NCBI GenBank assembly: GCA_963713855.1
Contig: OY970209.1
Coordinates: forward strand, 1,280,001 to 1,344,000
Source: an uncultured bacterium
GTDB lineage: Bacteria > Babelota > Babeliae > Babelales > Babelaceae
Length of the DNA stretch: 64,000 nt
Reading direction: 5' to 3'
Positions 39,910-49,580 of this stretch are shown here, piece after piece. Position 1 is the first letter of the stretch, and every line of letters begins with the position of its first letter. A model generated the notes under the pieces. That model was not told where the DNA came from. It worked only from the letters and a program-made list of their open reading frames with translations, and did not search any database. Both the position numbers and the translations under genes were made by a program.

Positions 39910-40254
39910 ATGACCAGTCAAGCGCGCCGTATTACTCATTGGAGAAGATCTGAGATAGATTCTTTCTTAAAGCGGTCTCGGCGCGTATACAAAAGCCCTG
40001 AGCTTGATGTCGGTATTGCACCAACACGAGAAAAAGGCTCAGGCAGACTACTCTTCATTATTCCCCGTGCAACCGGCAATGCTCCAAAACGCAACACCTT
40101 TAAAAGGCGTATCAAGGCTATCTTCTATGAGGAAAAGCTTTATGACGCATGCTATGACTGGGTCATTTTTGGGAAAAAAGAAGGGCTAGAAATGAGCTTT
40201 CAAGAACTTCAAAAACTCATACTCTATATCTCCAAAAATATACCTAGAAAATAA
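39910..40254 (+). CDS. rnpA: Ribonuclease P protein component
   Basis: GNAPKRNTFKRRIK (RNR-like motif); follows rpmH. ATG at 39910. Confidence 0.88.
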   Translation: MTSQARRITHWRRSEIDSFLKRSRRVYKSPELDVGIAPTREKGSGRLLFIIPRATGNAPKRNTFKRRIKAIFYEEKLYDACYDWVIFGKKEGLEMSFQELQKLILYISKNIPRK

Positions 40255-40319
40255 ACATAGGCGACAAAAACCGACAAAGTCTTTTATGGCCGATGCAATA
40301 GCTCAAGAAAAAAGCTCTA

Positions 40320-40754
40320 TTAATTTTTTATTGTGAAGTGCCCTTCAGGCGTCGTGCGTGTTACCTCAATTTTATCATCACTATGTATGACCTCATATTC
40401 ATTAGCTACATCTAAATAGAGTTCACCATCGTACATACCTTGCTCACCAGTGTCCTTAAAAAAAGTGCTCGTTCCGATATATATCAGAGGAGACAGTTGC
40501 TTGCCAAAATAGGGCATAGATAAACTTAGTGTCTCGTGCGCGGGAACAGTTCCCGTTTTTATTTTCGCATAAGCTGTATAAGGAATTGCCGGAGAATGAA
40601 CTCCCACTTCAACATTTACTAGCTGCGATGACTTATTTACAACTTTAATTTGATATCTATTTACCTCTTTTATGTGAGAAGTGTGTTCATCACTAAATGT
40701 TATAGCATGTGAAAAAAGAATGGCGAACACTGACAAGTTCAGGTAACATTTCAT
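40320..40754 (-). CDS. Small secreted beta-rich hypothetical protein
   Basis: AAAGGAGG RBS, signal peptide, IKVVNKSSQLVNVEV. Confidence 0.7.
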   Translation of the reverse strand: MKCYLNLSVFAILFSHAITFSDEHTSHIKEVNRYQIKVVNKSSQLVNVEVGVHSPAIPYTAYAKIKTGTVPAHETLSLSMPYFGKQLSPLIYIGTSTFFKDTGEQGMYDGELYLDVANEYEVIHSDDKIEVTRTTPEGHFTIKN

Positions 40755-41035
40755 TCAATACCTCCTTTATGGTATTTGTACAATCAATCCAGTACAACTC
40801 TAGCAAAGAATATAAAATTAGGAATAGAGACGTATCATTGGTCATAATCATTAGAAAAAAATCGGCGGGCGATAGATGTCATGACGCTGCCGATTATGAA
40901 ACCAGCTTTAAAATACTTTGGTGCCTACAAACATTCGCCCTCTGACAAAAACAATAGATTCTTTTGAGGATGCTGATAAACTTGTTCAATAAAAACTGGG
41001 CATAAAAAAATAGCTGTAAAAAGGTAAAAATTAGT

Positions 41036-44000
41036 ATGAGGCATACGTTATTTCTTTGCGCTCTTTTACTATCCGCTTTTGTGGTAACGGCGCAGCAACT
41101 GAGCAAAAGTTACCGGTTGCCCGGAGCTTCCAAGTGGCCCCTTACTGTAGATTTTTCGCCTTCTGGGGCATATCTTGCTACGGCTAATTACGGTTCAAAT
41201 GATGTAACCGTATACGGTGTAGATCCACAAGGAGTGCTCAATAGCGGAACGTCATATAGCTTACCCGCTGGTCCTACAATCCCTTTGGGATTAGACTTTT
41301 CACCAAATAGCCCCTTGCTTGCATCCTGTTATGCAGGCATGAATGCTGTGGTACTCTTTGCGGTAGAAAAAGGAGGGGTTTTATCAAAGAATACGACTTA
41401 CCCTTTGCCTGCAGGTTCATCATTTCCTAACTCAGTTAACTTTTCAGCTACGGGCAAATACATCGTCACTGCTAATAAAGCTTCCAATGATATCACGCTG
41501 TTCACTATGCTAGAAGGTAGCCTTAGTACCGGAACATCATACAGTATTCCTGGGAGTTCATCCGAACCATTCTTTGCACAATTCTCACCAGATGAAAGAT
41601 ATATTGCTTGTGCGAACGTTAACTCAAACGACGTCACCATGTTTGCCATAAACGCAGGACAAGCTTTAGGTCCTGGTATATCATATCCTTTACCTGGAAA
41701 CTCAGCTGCCCCTTATGCGCTAGCATTTTCACCCTCAGGCGCATATCTAGCTACCGCCAATGATGTATCGAATGATGTGACAGTATTTAGCGTGCAAGCA
41801 GGAGGAACTTTAAGCCGAGCAGCATCATACGCTTTACCTGCAGGTAGCGTCGCGCCCTCCTCAATAGCATTCTCACCTGACGGCTCATATCTTGCTACAG
41901 CCAATTACACTTCCAGTAATATAACTATATTTACCGTAAATGCAGATGGCACATTAAGCAATGGCACATCTTACCCGCTGCCTGCAGGCTCTTCAAATTG
42001 TGGTTGGCTAGAATTTTCATCGTCGGGAGCCTATTTAGCTACTGCTAACTTCTACTCAAACAACATAAGTGTATTTACGGTCCAAGGCGGAACTTTGGTT
42101 GGAGGAAGATCGTACACACTTCCACCTAACTCGACCTTTCCTTTGTCGCTGAGTTTTTCGTTTGATGGCTTATATCTTGCAACCGCTAACGCGGGCTTAG
42201 GTGGTATAAGTGTGCTTGCCGTCGGAACGGGAGAGTCGCTGACAAGCATGGATTCATATAGCATTTCCTCCGATTCTACCCAACCTTGGGTAGCTACCTT
42301 CTCTCCAAATAGCTCATATCTTGCTACTGCTAATACAAACTCGAACAGTATTACGATTTTTGGCGTACAGGATGCGGGAAAACTGATTAACGGTGTATCG
42401 TATTCATTGCCTGCTCAATCTATAAGCCCGATTGATGTAGCATTTTCACCAAATGGTTTATATCTTGCTAGCGCGAACGGTTCCGAGGATGTAACTGTAT
42501 TTAATGTCGGGTCTCAGGGAAGCTTAAGCGGTGCTCGCTCATATCATCTGCCAGCTAATTCTTTCGGCCCTGTATGGCTAGAATTTTCGCCTGACGGCTT
42601 ATATCTCGCTATTGCTAATTATTTTTCAAATAATCTGACGGTATTCAATGTGGCGTCAAATGGAGACCTCAGCGGAGGTACCACTTATGCCTTACCTAGT
42701 GGTTCTGGATCGGCTATTTCTTTAGCATTCTCGCCTTCTGGCTCTTATCTTGCTACAGCAAACGCTCAGTCAAGTAACGTAACAATTTTTAGCGTGCAAG
42801 CGGGTGGAGCTTTACAAGGAGGAATTTCATATCCCTTGCCTCCTGGTTCATTTGGTCCTGAATCAATAGCTTTCTCTCCTGATGGTCAGTATCTCGTTAC
42901 CGCTAACTATGTTTCTAACGATATAACTGTTTTTTCCGTACTGGCTGGAGGAGCATTGTCTAGCGGAACTTCTTATCCTAACTGCAGTATCATGAATCCT
43001 CTCGTAGCCACCTTAGCATTTTCCCCAAATGGTTCATACCTTGCTAAAGCAAACACCGGTTCGTCAACAGTGAGCATATTTACGGTTCTTCAAAGTGTGC
43101 TTGCTGACTGTAATTCTTATCCCTTACCACAGCTGCCAACTGGCTCACGAGCACCGGATGCGATTGCCTTCTCGCCCGATTACAACTATGCAATAACAGC
43201 AAATTATGGTTCAAGCGATGTCACGGTCTTTAATGTTGAGTCAAGTGACGGTTATTCTTTGGCAAATAAAACATCTTATCCATTACCGTACAATGGAATA
43301 GCTCCCTCATTGCCTACATCTGTAGCATTTTCACCAAATGGTCAGTTGGTTTTTACCGCTAATGCGCTAACAAACGACATAACGGTACTCGAATTAGTAT
43401 CCGGACAACTCATAAATAGCGTCTCTTATGCCTTGCCCAATAATACATTCAATCCAAGTTCTCTAAAGCTTTCACCTAACGACCCCTACATCTTTATAGC
43501 AAACAGTGGATCGAATAATATAGCCGTATACAACGGCACTCAAAATGGACTCTTACAGGTAGTAGGAACCTATTCATTACCAGCCGGATCATTAAATCCT
43601 CAAGGTCTTGCGGTTACGCCTGATGGCGCTTATATAGCAACGGCAAATGCAGGCTCGCATGATGTAACTATTTTTACTGTAACAGGAGGAAGCTTAAGCG
43701 ATCCGATAACAAGCTCGTTGCCTACAGGATCAAAGACACCACAATCTCTTGTCTTTGTGACTTTAGCCAATACTAGCTTACTGCTCGCAATCGCCAATAG
43801 CGGATCCAATGACGTAACAACCTATCTTTTTCATGCGGGTATACTGAGTAATCCAAAATCCTATCCATTACCCGCAGGAGCTATGAGCCCTCAGTCAATT
43901 GCTGCCTCACTAAATGGAACATCGCTTGCCACTGCCAATATAGATTCGAATACCGTCACTGTTTTCTCGATTAATGAAGGCACACTTACAGAGGGGACAA

Positions 44001-44353
44001 ACTACCCACTGCCTACTAATTCAAGCGCATGCGCGGCGGTGGCTTTTTATCCTTCAAAAACAACCACCAGCGCAGTAACAACTGCAAACAGCAATTCAAA
44101 TGACGTGTCAGTCATTGTTCTTGGAGCTTCTGGAGCAGGAGATGGTAGCAGTTTGCCACTAGGTGTGATTCTTGGCACAACCATAGGAGTACCCCTAGGT
44201 CTAAGTCTGCTTGCAGCCACCGGTGGCATCGCCGCTTGGTTGCTTTATAAATATCGCTATAGATACAAGGGTATAGGCCAGGTTTATTTTAATGGCAATG
44301 AAGTGTTAGAAGATCCGCTTATAACTGGCAGTGGGGCCGTAGACATGCTGTAA
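41036..44353 (+). CDS. Beta-propeller repeat (lactonase/WD40-like) surface protein, 21 repeats, C-terminal TM
   Basis: Signal peptide, 21 copies of a ~48-aa unit (YxLPxGSxxPxxxxFSPxGxYLATANxxSNDVTxF), a Gly/Ser linker, a TM helix and KYRYRYK. Confidence 0.85.
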   Translation: MRHTLFLCALLLSAFVVTAQQLSKSYRLPGASKWPLTVDFSPSGAYLATANYGSNDVTVYGVDPQGVLNSGTSYSLPAGPTIPLGLDFSPNSPLLASCYAGMNAVVLFAVEKGGVLSKNTTYPLPAGSSFPNSVNFSATGKYIVTANKASNDITLFTMLEGSLSTGTSYSIPGSSSEPFFAQFSPDERYIACANVNSNDVTMFAINAGQALGPGISYPLPGNSAAPYALAFSPSGAYLATANDVSNDVTVFSVQAGGTLSRAASYALPAGSVAPSSIAFSPDGSYLATANYTSSNITIFTVNADGTLSNGTSYPLPAGSSNCGWLEFSSSGAYLATANFYSNNISVFTVQGGTLVGGRSYTLPPNSTFPLSLSFSFDGLYLATANAGLGGISVLAVGTGESLTSMDSYSISSDSTQPWVATFSPNSSYLATANTNSNSITIFGVQDAGKLINGVSYSLPAQSISPIDVAFSPNGLYLASANGSEDVTVFNVGSQGSLSGARSYHLPANSFGPVWLEFSPDGLYLAIANYFSNNLTVFNVASNGDLSGGTTYALPSGSGSAISLAFSPSGSYLATANAQSSNVTIFSVQAGGALQGGISYPLPPGSFGPESIAFSPDGQYLVTANYVSNDITVFSVLAGGALSSGTSYPNCSIMNPLVATLAFSPNGSYLAKANTGSSTVSIFTVLQSVLADCNSYPLPQLPTGSRAPDAIAFSPDYNYAITANYGSSDVTVFNVESSDGYSLANKTSYPLPYNGIAPSLPTSVAFSPNGQLVFTANALTNDITVLELVSGQLINSVSYALPNNTFNPSSLKLSPNDPYIFIANSGSNNIAVYNGTQNGLLQVVGTYSLPAGSLNPQGLAVTPDGAYIATANAGSHDVTIFTVTGGSLSDPITSSLPTGSKTPQSLVFVTLANTSLLLAIANSGSNDVTTYLFHAGILSNPKSYPLPAGAMSPQSIAASLNGTSLATANIDSNTVTVFSINEGTLTEGTNYPLPTNSSACAAVAFYPSKTTTSAVTTANSNSNDVSVIVLGASGAGDGSSLPLGVILGTTIGVPLGLSLLAATGGIAAWLLYKYRYRYKGIGQVYFNGNEVLEDPLITGSGAVDML

Positions 44354-44393
44354 TTGTATTAGCAGTCTAAAGCTATTTTGAAATACTATAAAA

Positions 44394-45083
44394 TCAATTT
44401 TGTAGATGAAGCTGAGCATATTCGTATGCACTCGAATTTCGATCTGATAGGACACTTAACCACTTTGCCAGATGGTTTGAATCTTCCTGATTGACCAACT
44501 CAGGCATTAAAAAATCAAGCACTTGGTGAGCTACCCGTTCTGGGTAGTTGACTCTGCTTACTAACTGCAAAGTGAGTTGTTCAAGAAGTAATAGCAAATG
44601 ACTCTCAGATAAAGCTGCATTTTGACAGCGAGTAAGTATGGAATCGATATTCTCTTTTTCCATCAAAAGCTGAATTGCCCGATCGGCGTAATGTTCCGCC
44701 TTTTTTTGTTCACCCATTTTATCGTAAAGGTATGATAGCTGCAGCATACAATCTGAGTTTTCAGCAACTAATGAAGAGGCGTGCTCAGTCACGGCAATTG
44801 CGGACGTAAGCTTTCCTTCTCGTTGGTAAAGCTGGGCTGCTTTTAGATAAGAGTTATAGGCTCGCGCATCATTAAAGGCCAGCAGTAAATCGCCTTCCAG
44901 CTGAGCTTCAAGAGCAGCATTACCTATGGAATGTGCTAATAAACGGTAAAGACTAAAAGCGCGTTCTTTTTCTTTTCTGGCTACTGATTCAGCAAGCTTA
45001 AACCAAGCAATATTAAACTTTTCCGACTGGAGATTGGTTACGCCGTTTAATTTCACGCTCGCTCTCCTTCTTATACTCGTCAA
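44394..45083 (-). CDS. TPR-like helical hypothetical protein
   Basis: 229 aa with A...Y..AA.LY...G....A helical-repeat patterns. Confidence 0.6.
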   Translation of the reverse strand: MTSIRRRASVKLNGVTNLQSEKFNIAWFKLAESVARKEKERAFSLYRLLAHSIGNAALEAQLEGDLLLAFNDARAYNSYLKAAQLYQREGKLTSAIAVTEHASSLVAENSDCMLQLSYLYDKMGEQKKAEHYADRAIQLLMEKENIDSILTRCQNAALSESHLLLLLEQLTLQLVSRVNYPERVAHQVLDFLMPELVNQEDSNHLAKWLSVLSDRNSSAYEYAQLHLQN

Positions 45084-45231
45084 AACGTTTAAAGTTTCGA
45101 TTTACCGTATCATAAGGGAATGACCTGATGCAAGTAAATGATCATGGTTGACCCAAGCTAACAAAAATGAGCGAGTTCTCTCTACTTGCCATTTTTGACA
45201 ATCTCATTACTTTAGCCAATGTTTAGATAGA

Positions 45232-47082
45232 TTAAGCACCAAAATGTGCTATATGAGCACCAATTTCCGCTGGTAAGCCTGGTAACGTTAATCCTGCACC
45301 AATTGGTACAGGGTCAACAAGATAGCGGTTAAGGCGTATTGTAAGTGCCCACCTTCTTTGGTGACGGACCAACTCTTGCAATACTTCTTCATACATAGCT
45401 CTATGTTCGTCGGAAAATGGCTCATTTTCGAGTGCGTATCTTATATGACGACCTGCAGTGCGTACGCTACGAAATGGAATACGAGGAAGAAGCGTTCTTA
45501 ACACCTCTGCATGTCCGTGTAGCGAAGCTTCTAAAATCGCATCATAGGTTACCTGTTCTGGAAGCCTTGGTGTATATAAGTAGTCTACTACGTCTGCTTG
45601 CCCATATCTTGAGGCACGCACAAGTGATCTTTGCCGTCTTTCATCGCTTATTCTTTGATGATTGCTATTGGCGTCAGCTTCAGCAAAATACCCACGTTTT
45701 TCGAAAAACTTCACTATTTCTAGTTGCCCCCACGCTACTGCTTCACCTATTACGGTCTCAATCATTTCTGACGAAATACCTTTGTCGTAAAGAAGCGCCA
45801 TAGTATCAACTTCCTCAGTACGTGCAGACAATTGAAAAGCGGAATCTCGCATACGCTCACCAGGATTTAGGCGATCAATAAGATACTCAAGAATATCACG
45901 GCGACCAGTTCGTGCTGCCTCTTCAACCACTAGTTCCATCATTGATCCGGGTGTTTCAAAAATGTCTTTAAAAGTATCCAAAAGATGCTTTACAACTTCC
46001 AGATCGCCGCGCGAAATAACAGAACAATATTCGAACAAATTGAGTCGATCTTCTTGTGCTGATTGGCAATATTTTGTTAATTCTTCACATATTTTATTGC
46101 TATCATTCTCGATAATGGCTTGAATAAGAGGGTCCTCGAAAAAGCGATAATTTTCTTTCAGACTGCTCATCATATCAGTAAGTACAATACTAACATCGGT
46201 ATCCAACCCATGAGCGTCCAAAAGAAGACAATAGAGGTTGCGAGCGACACTATAACCGCTTTCACCGTTAAGCTCCTGGGACCCTATCGCGCTTAAAAGT
46301 GTCGCGATGAGCGACTGTGGTGTCGGTTGTGTTCGCATTTCAACTTTGACATTTGAACCAGCGTTTAAAAGTTCGTAAGCTGAATCGCTATCTGGAAACA
46401 GGGCGCTGTAAGCGATTGGCAAATGACCTTCACAATTTTTAATATTTGGATTAGCTCCTCGCTTAACCATGTAATCAATGATCTCAAGCTCACGAGTCTG
46501 ACGACGCGAAGGTAACGTCGCAGCTACGTGAAGCGGCGTAAAACGCGACCCTCGTGGATTAAGATTTGCTCCGAGCTTAATGAGCCTTTTTACGGTTTTA
46601 TACCAGAGTCGAGTAGCCATTGTCCCAGATTTAGAAATAGCAAATTCGAGCGGAGACAACGCCGCAAGATTCAATTTTTTATACCACGGATCTTTCAGGA
46701 ACGTACCAATACTAGCAAGCTCATTTTGCGCGCGTAAATCCCTGATATTAATATCGGCTTCATGAGAAACGAGTATGTTGATCATACCCAAATGATAACC
46801 TAGTATTGCTAAATGTAACGGTGTTAATCCATCACTGTTGCGCGCATTAACGTCAGGATTTTCGTTTTCTATAATACTTTGAGCAGACTCCATATCTCCT
46901 TCGGATAAAGCTTTCAACAATTTCTCGGTAGCTCTTGCATCAAATCGCTTTCTTTTTTTAGTCGCCGGAGGAGTTTCTCGCCCACCTTCGGGCTCTTTCC
47001 TTTTTTCTTCCATGCAGAAGGCAAAACTCGAACCCAAAAGGAAAGGAATACATATGAACACGTATTTAGTTACTGTTTTCAT
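45232..47082 (-). CDS. Secreted ankyrin repeat protein with NLS-like and C-terminal F-box-like motifs
   Basis: Signal peptide, PPATKKRKR, GLTPLHLA/FTPLHVAA ankyrins and terminal LPGLPAEIGAHIAHF. Confidence 0.85.
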   Translation of the reverse strand: MKTVTKYVFICIPFLLGSSFAFCMEEKRKEPEGGRETPPATKKRKRFDARATEKLLKALSEGDMESAQSIIENENPDVNARNSDGLTPLHLAILGYHLGMINILVSHEADINIRDLRAQNELASIGTFLKDPWYKKLNLAALSPLEFAISKSGTMATRLWYKTVKRLIKLGANLNPRGSRFTPLHVAATLPSRRQTRELEIIDYMVKRGANPNIKNCEGHLPIAYSALFPDSDSAYELLNAGSNVKVEMRTQPTPQSLIATLLSAIGSQELNGESGYSVARNLYCLLLDAHGLDTDVSIVLTDMMSSLKENYRFFEDPLIQAIIENDSNKICEELTKYCQSAQEDRLNLFEYCSVISRGDLEVVKHLLDTFKDIFETPGSMMELVVEEAARTGRRDILEYLIDRLNPGERMRDSAFQLSARTEEVDTMALLYDKGISSEMIETVIGEAVAWGQLEIVKFFEKRGYFAEADANSNHQRISDERRQRSLVRASRYGQADVVDYLYTPRLPEQVTYDAILEASLHGHAEVLRTLLPRIPFRSVRTAGRHIRYALENEPFSDEHRAMYEEVLQELVRHQRRWALTIRLNRYLVDPVPIGAGLTLPGLPAEIGAHIAHFGA

Positions 47083-47158
47083 GCGAATAAATATCCTGAT
47101 AAAATATGAATATCATTTATTACACCAATGTCGTCAATAAGGAAATGTCTAGCAAATA

Positions 47159-49066
47159 CTAATTGCGAGCAAGCTGAGTAATATGTGCAAAGATTTCCTG
47201 AGGCAGATTTGGTAGTGGCAGTTGACCTTCTTCGCGCTCTCCTTGAAAAATACGCTCAAGACCAAGAGCTGCGGCACGCGTTCTTTGATGCCGGACAAGT
47301 TCTCGAAACACTTCCTCATAAGAAGCTCTTTGTTCATTAGAAAATGGTTCATTTTCTAATGCATATCTTATGTGAAGACCTGCGTTACGTGCATTAAAAA
47401 ACGGAACATGGGGGAGTAGCGTTCTTAACACATTTACGTGTCCCTGCAGCGACGCTTGAAAGACAGCATCATATATTATTTCAGGTGGCATACTTTCTCT
47501 ATACAAGAATTCCACTATCGCAGCTTGACCATATCTTGCGGCACGCACAAGTAATTCTTGTCGCCTTTCAACAGTAATGTACTCGTCCTCATTGAAGAAC
47601 GCAACTACTGGAAGTTGTCCCCAAATAACCGCTTCGTTGAGCGCGTCGTCGAGAATTTCGGGTGTGATCCCCGTCTCGTAAAGAAAAGCCATCGTGCCTA
47701 TTTCTTCTGTGCGACCAGCTAAACGAAAAGCTACATTACGTGCAATTTGATCCGGGTTTAAGCTTGCCACGAGAAACTCGAGTATATCTAGATGCCCAAT
47801 TTGTGCTGCTCGTATAACGGCCGTGTCTCGCGTCTGCTTGTCAAATTTGCTTCCAAAATTATCAAGCACAAATTTAACAACCTCAGCATTGCCGCGCCCA
47901 ACCGAAAAAAGAAAATATTCTTGCACTTGCCGCGCATCTAAAGGTTTATTCACAAGCTTATTAAGCTCTTCAAACACTGTATCGTTATTGTTTTCAGTCA
48001 AGGCTTGTATTATAGGATCAATAAGCCGCTTCATAATTGGGTAATTCATCACTAAACGTAGACTTGGTCTATTATAATCCTGTAACTCGCTACCATACAT
48101 AAGAAGCAGGTATATAAACTGAACAACATCAGAAGATAACTCAAAAATAGTATCGTATGTAACAACATTAGAAGATGAATGTCTCACTCTCCCCCCGGTG
48201 CATACATTTAGAAGGTCGTCAAGCGGTATATGTTTCACTCTCCCCCTGGTGCATACATTTAGAAGAACGTCAAGCAGGGAGTGTTCACCGTTCATCTCAA
48301 GATGTGTCTCCTTTCCATCCTTTGATTTCAACCGCACTTTGAATTTAGCGTTGGCGCCATGTCGCAATAATGTGGCTGCTCCATCGCTATTTGGGTAGCG
48401 CGCATTAAAAAAAAGCGGTGGGAATCCTCGTGAGTTTACAAGATTTGGATTGGCTCCGCGCTGAATTAAAAGATCGACATAAGAAGCTGGTCCAGGTAAT
48501 GTAGCAAGTGCATGAAGAGGTGTAAAATATGCCCCCGCAGGATTAAGGTTCGCGCCCAACTCTATAAGTTTTTCTGCGGTAGTACGCGTCCTACTTTCCA
48601 AGGGATGAATGGTTATAAATGTCACCAAGAGGAATTCGAGCGGCGTCAAGAATGATTTATTTATTCCTTGATACCAGGGAGGATTTTTAAAATCGCCCAA
48701 CTCGACCTCTTCTTGAGCTTTCAAGTCTCTGATATTTATATCAGCACCATCATTAGCAAGTAAGGTAATTTTGTTTAAATTGAGCGCGACTATCGCCAAA
48801 TGTAATGAGCTAAGACCTCGCCCATCTCGAGCATTGACGTTCGCATTATCATTAATAGTGGGCAACTTTGCCAAATCTTGGATCGACTCGCCGGTTGCTT
48901 CAACCAATTCTTCAGTTGCTTGTGCCTCAGTTTTTCGTCTTTTTTTGGGCTTTGATGACCGCTCGCTTTTGTCATCCGATTCCTTCCTTTTTTCCTCCAT
49001 GCAAAAACTGGCACTTGTGCATATAAGTAAAGGAATACATAGTAAAAATTTAGTTAGTATTTTCAT
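47159..49066 (-). CDS. Secreted ankyrin repeat protein with NLS-like and C-terminal F-box-like motifs, tandem paralog
   Basis: Start at the second Met (MKILTKFLLCIPLL parallels the paralog), PKKRRK, ankyrins and terminal LPNLPQEIFAHITQL. Confidence 0.85.
   Translation of the reverse strand: MKILTKFLLCIPLLICTSASFCMEEKRKESDDKSERSSKPKKRRKTEAQATEELVEATGESIQDLAKLPTINDNANVNARDGRGLSSLHLAIVALNLNKITLLANDGADINIRDLKAQEEVELGDFKNPPWYQGINKSFLTPLEFLLVTFITIHPLESRTRTTAEKLIELGANLNPAGAYFTPLHALATLPGPASYVDLLIQRGANPNLVNSRGFPPLFFNARYPNSDGAATLLRHGANAKFKVRLKSKDGKETHLEMNGEHSLLDVLLNVCTRGRVKHIPLDDLLNVCTGGRVRHSSSNVVTYDTIFELSSDVVQFIYLLLMYGSELQDYNRPSLRLVMNYPIMKRLIDPIIQALTENNNDTVFEELNKLVNKPLDARQVQEYFLFSVGRGNAEVVKFVLDNFGSKFDKQTRDTAVIRAAQIGHLDILEFLVASLNPDQIARNVAFRLAGRTEEIGTMAFLYETGITPEILDDALNEAVIWGQLPVVAFFNEDEYITVERRQELLVRAARYGQAAIVEFLYRESMPPEIIYDAVFQASLQGHVNVLRTLLPHVPFFNARNAGLHIRYALENEPFSNEQRASYEEVFRELVRHQRTRAAALGLERIFQGEREEGQLPLPNLPQEIFAHITQLARN
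48179..48275. repeat. In-frame 51-bp tandem duplication inside the ankyrin gene
   Basis: ATGT(C/T)TCACTCTCCCCC(C/T)GGTGCATACATTTAGAAG..CGTCAAGC at 48179 and 48230. Encodes LDVLLNVCTRGRVKH and LDDLLNVCTGGRVRH. Confidence 0.9.
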
Positions 49067-49098
49067 GTATATAGCCTGTTGAAACATCGATTTCGTTT

Positions 49099-49127
49099 AT
49101 TACATCAATATATCATCAATTTGTCAA
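49099..49127 (-). promoter_or_regulatory. Sigma70-type promoter of the ankyrin gene
   Basis: Minus strand reads TTGACA-17 nt-TGTAAT, 33 nt upstream of the ATG at 49066. Confidence 0.6.
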
Positions 49128-49266
49128 TTTTAGTTAAGTACGCATTAAAACACGATTGGGGCCAATTAAATGAGGTGTTCTCATGTAAAGTCAAGCATTA
49201 CAGTTCATAGAAAATCTTCCTAAATGGATAAACGTGGCAAGAGCCGAACTGATATAATTTTAGAAA

Positions 49267-49341
49267 TGGTGCCGGGAGGCGGAATTGAACCACCGACACA
49301 GAGCTCTTCAGGCTCCTGCTCTACCACTGAGCTACCCCGGC
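49267..49341 (-). tRNA. tRNA-Phe (anticodon GAA)
   Basis: Reverse complement GCCGGGGTAGCTCAGTGGTAGAGCA-GGAGC-CT-GAA-GA-GCTCT...GGTTCAATTCC...CCCGGCACCA. Confidence 0.95.
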
Positions 49342-49580
49342 ATTACTAGATAAGAAAAAGCATTATTAGAGTATCATATACGCTACTTCTGTCAACAAAA
49401 GACAAGAAAAAAAGCACATGGAAAGCCCTAAGATCCAGATCTATCTCTTCTAAAAGCCCGTCAGGTGTACTTTCACCTTCTTTTGCTTTTCTAACATGCA
49501 TGATTATTGCTTAATTGCAATTTATTTTTAATTCTATATAATTAAAAAAACAGAAAATAAATCCTTTCTCGAGGCGATCT

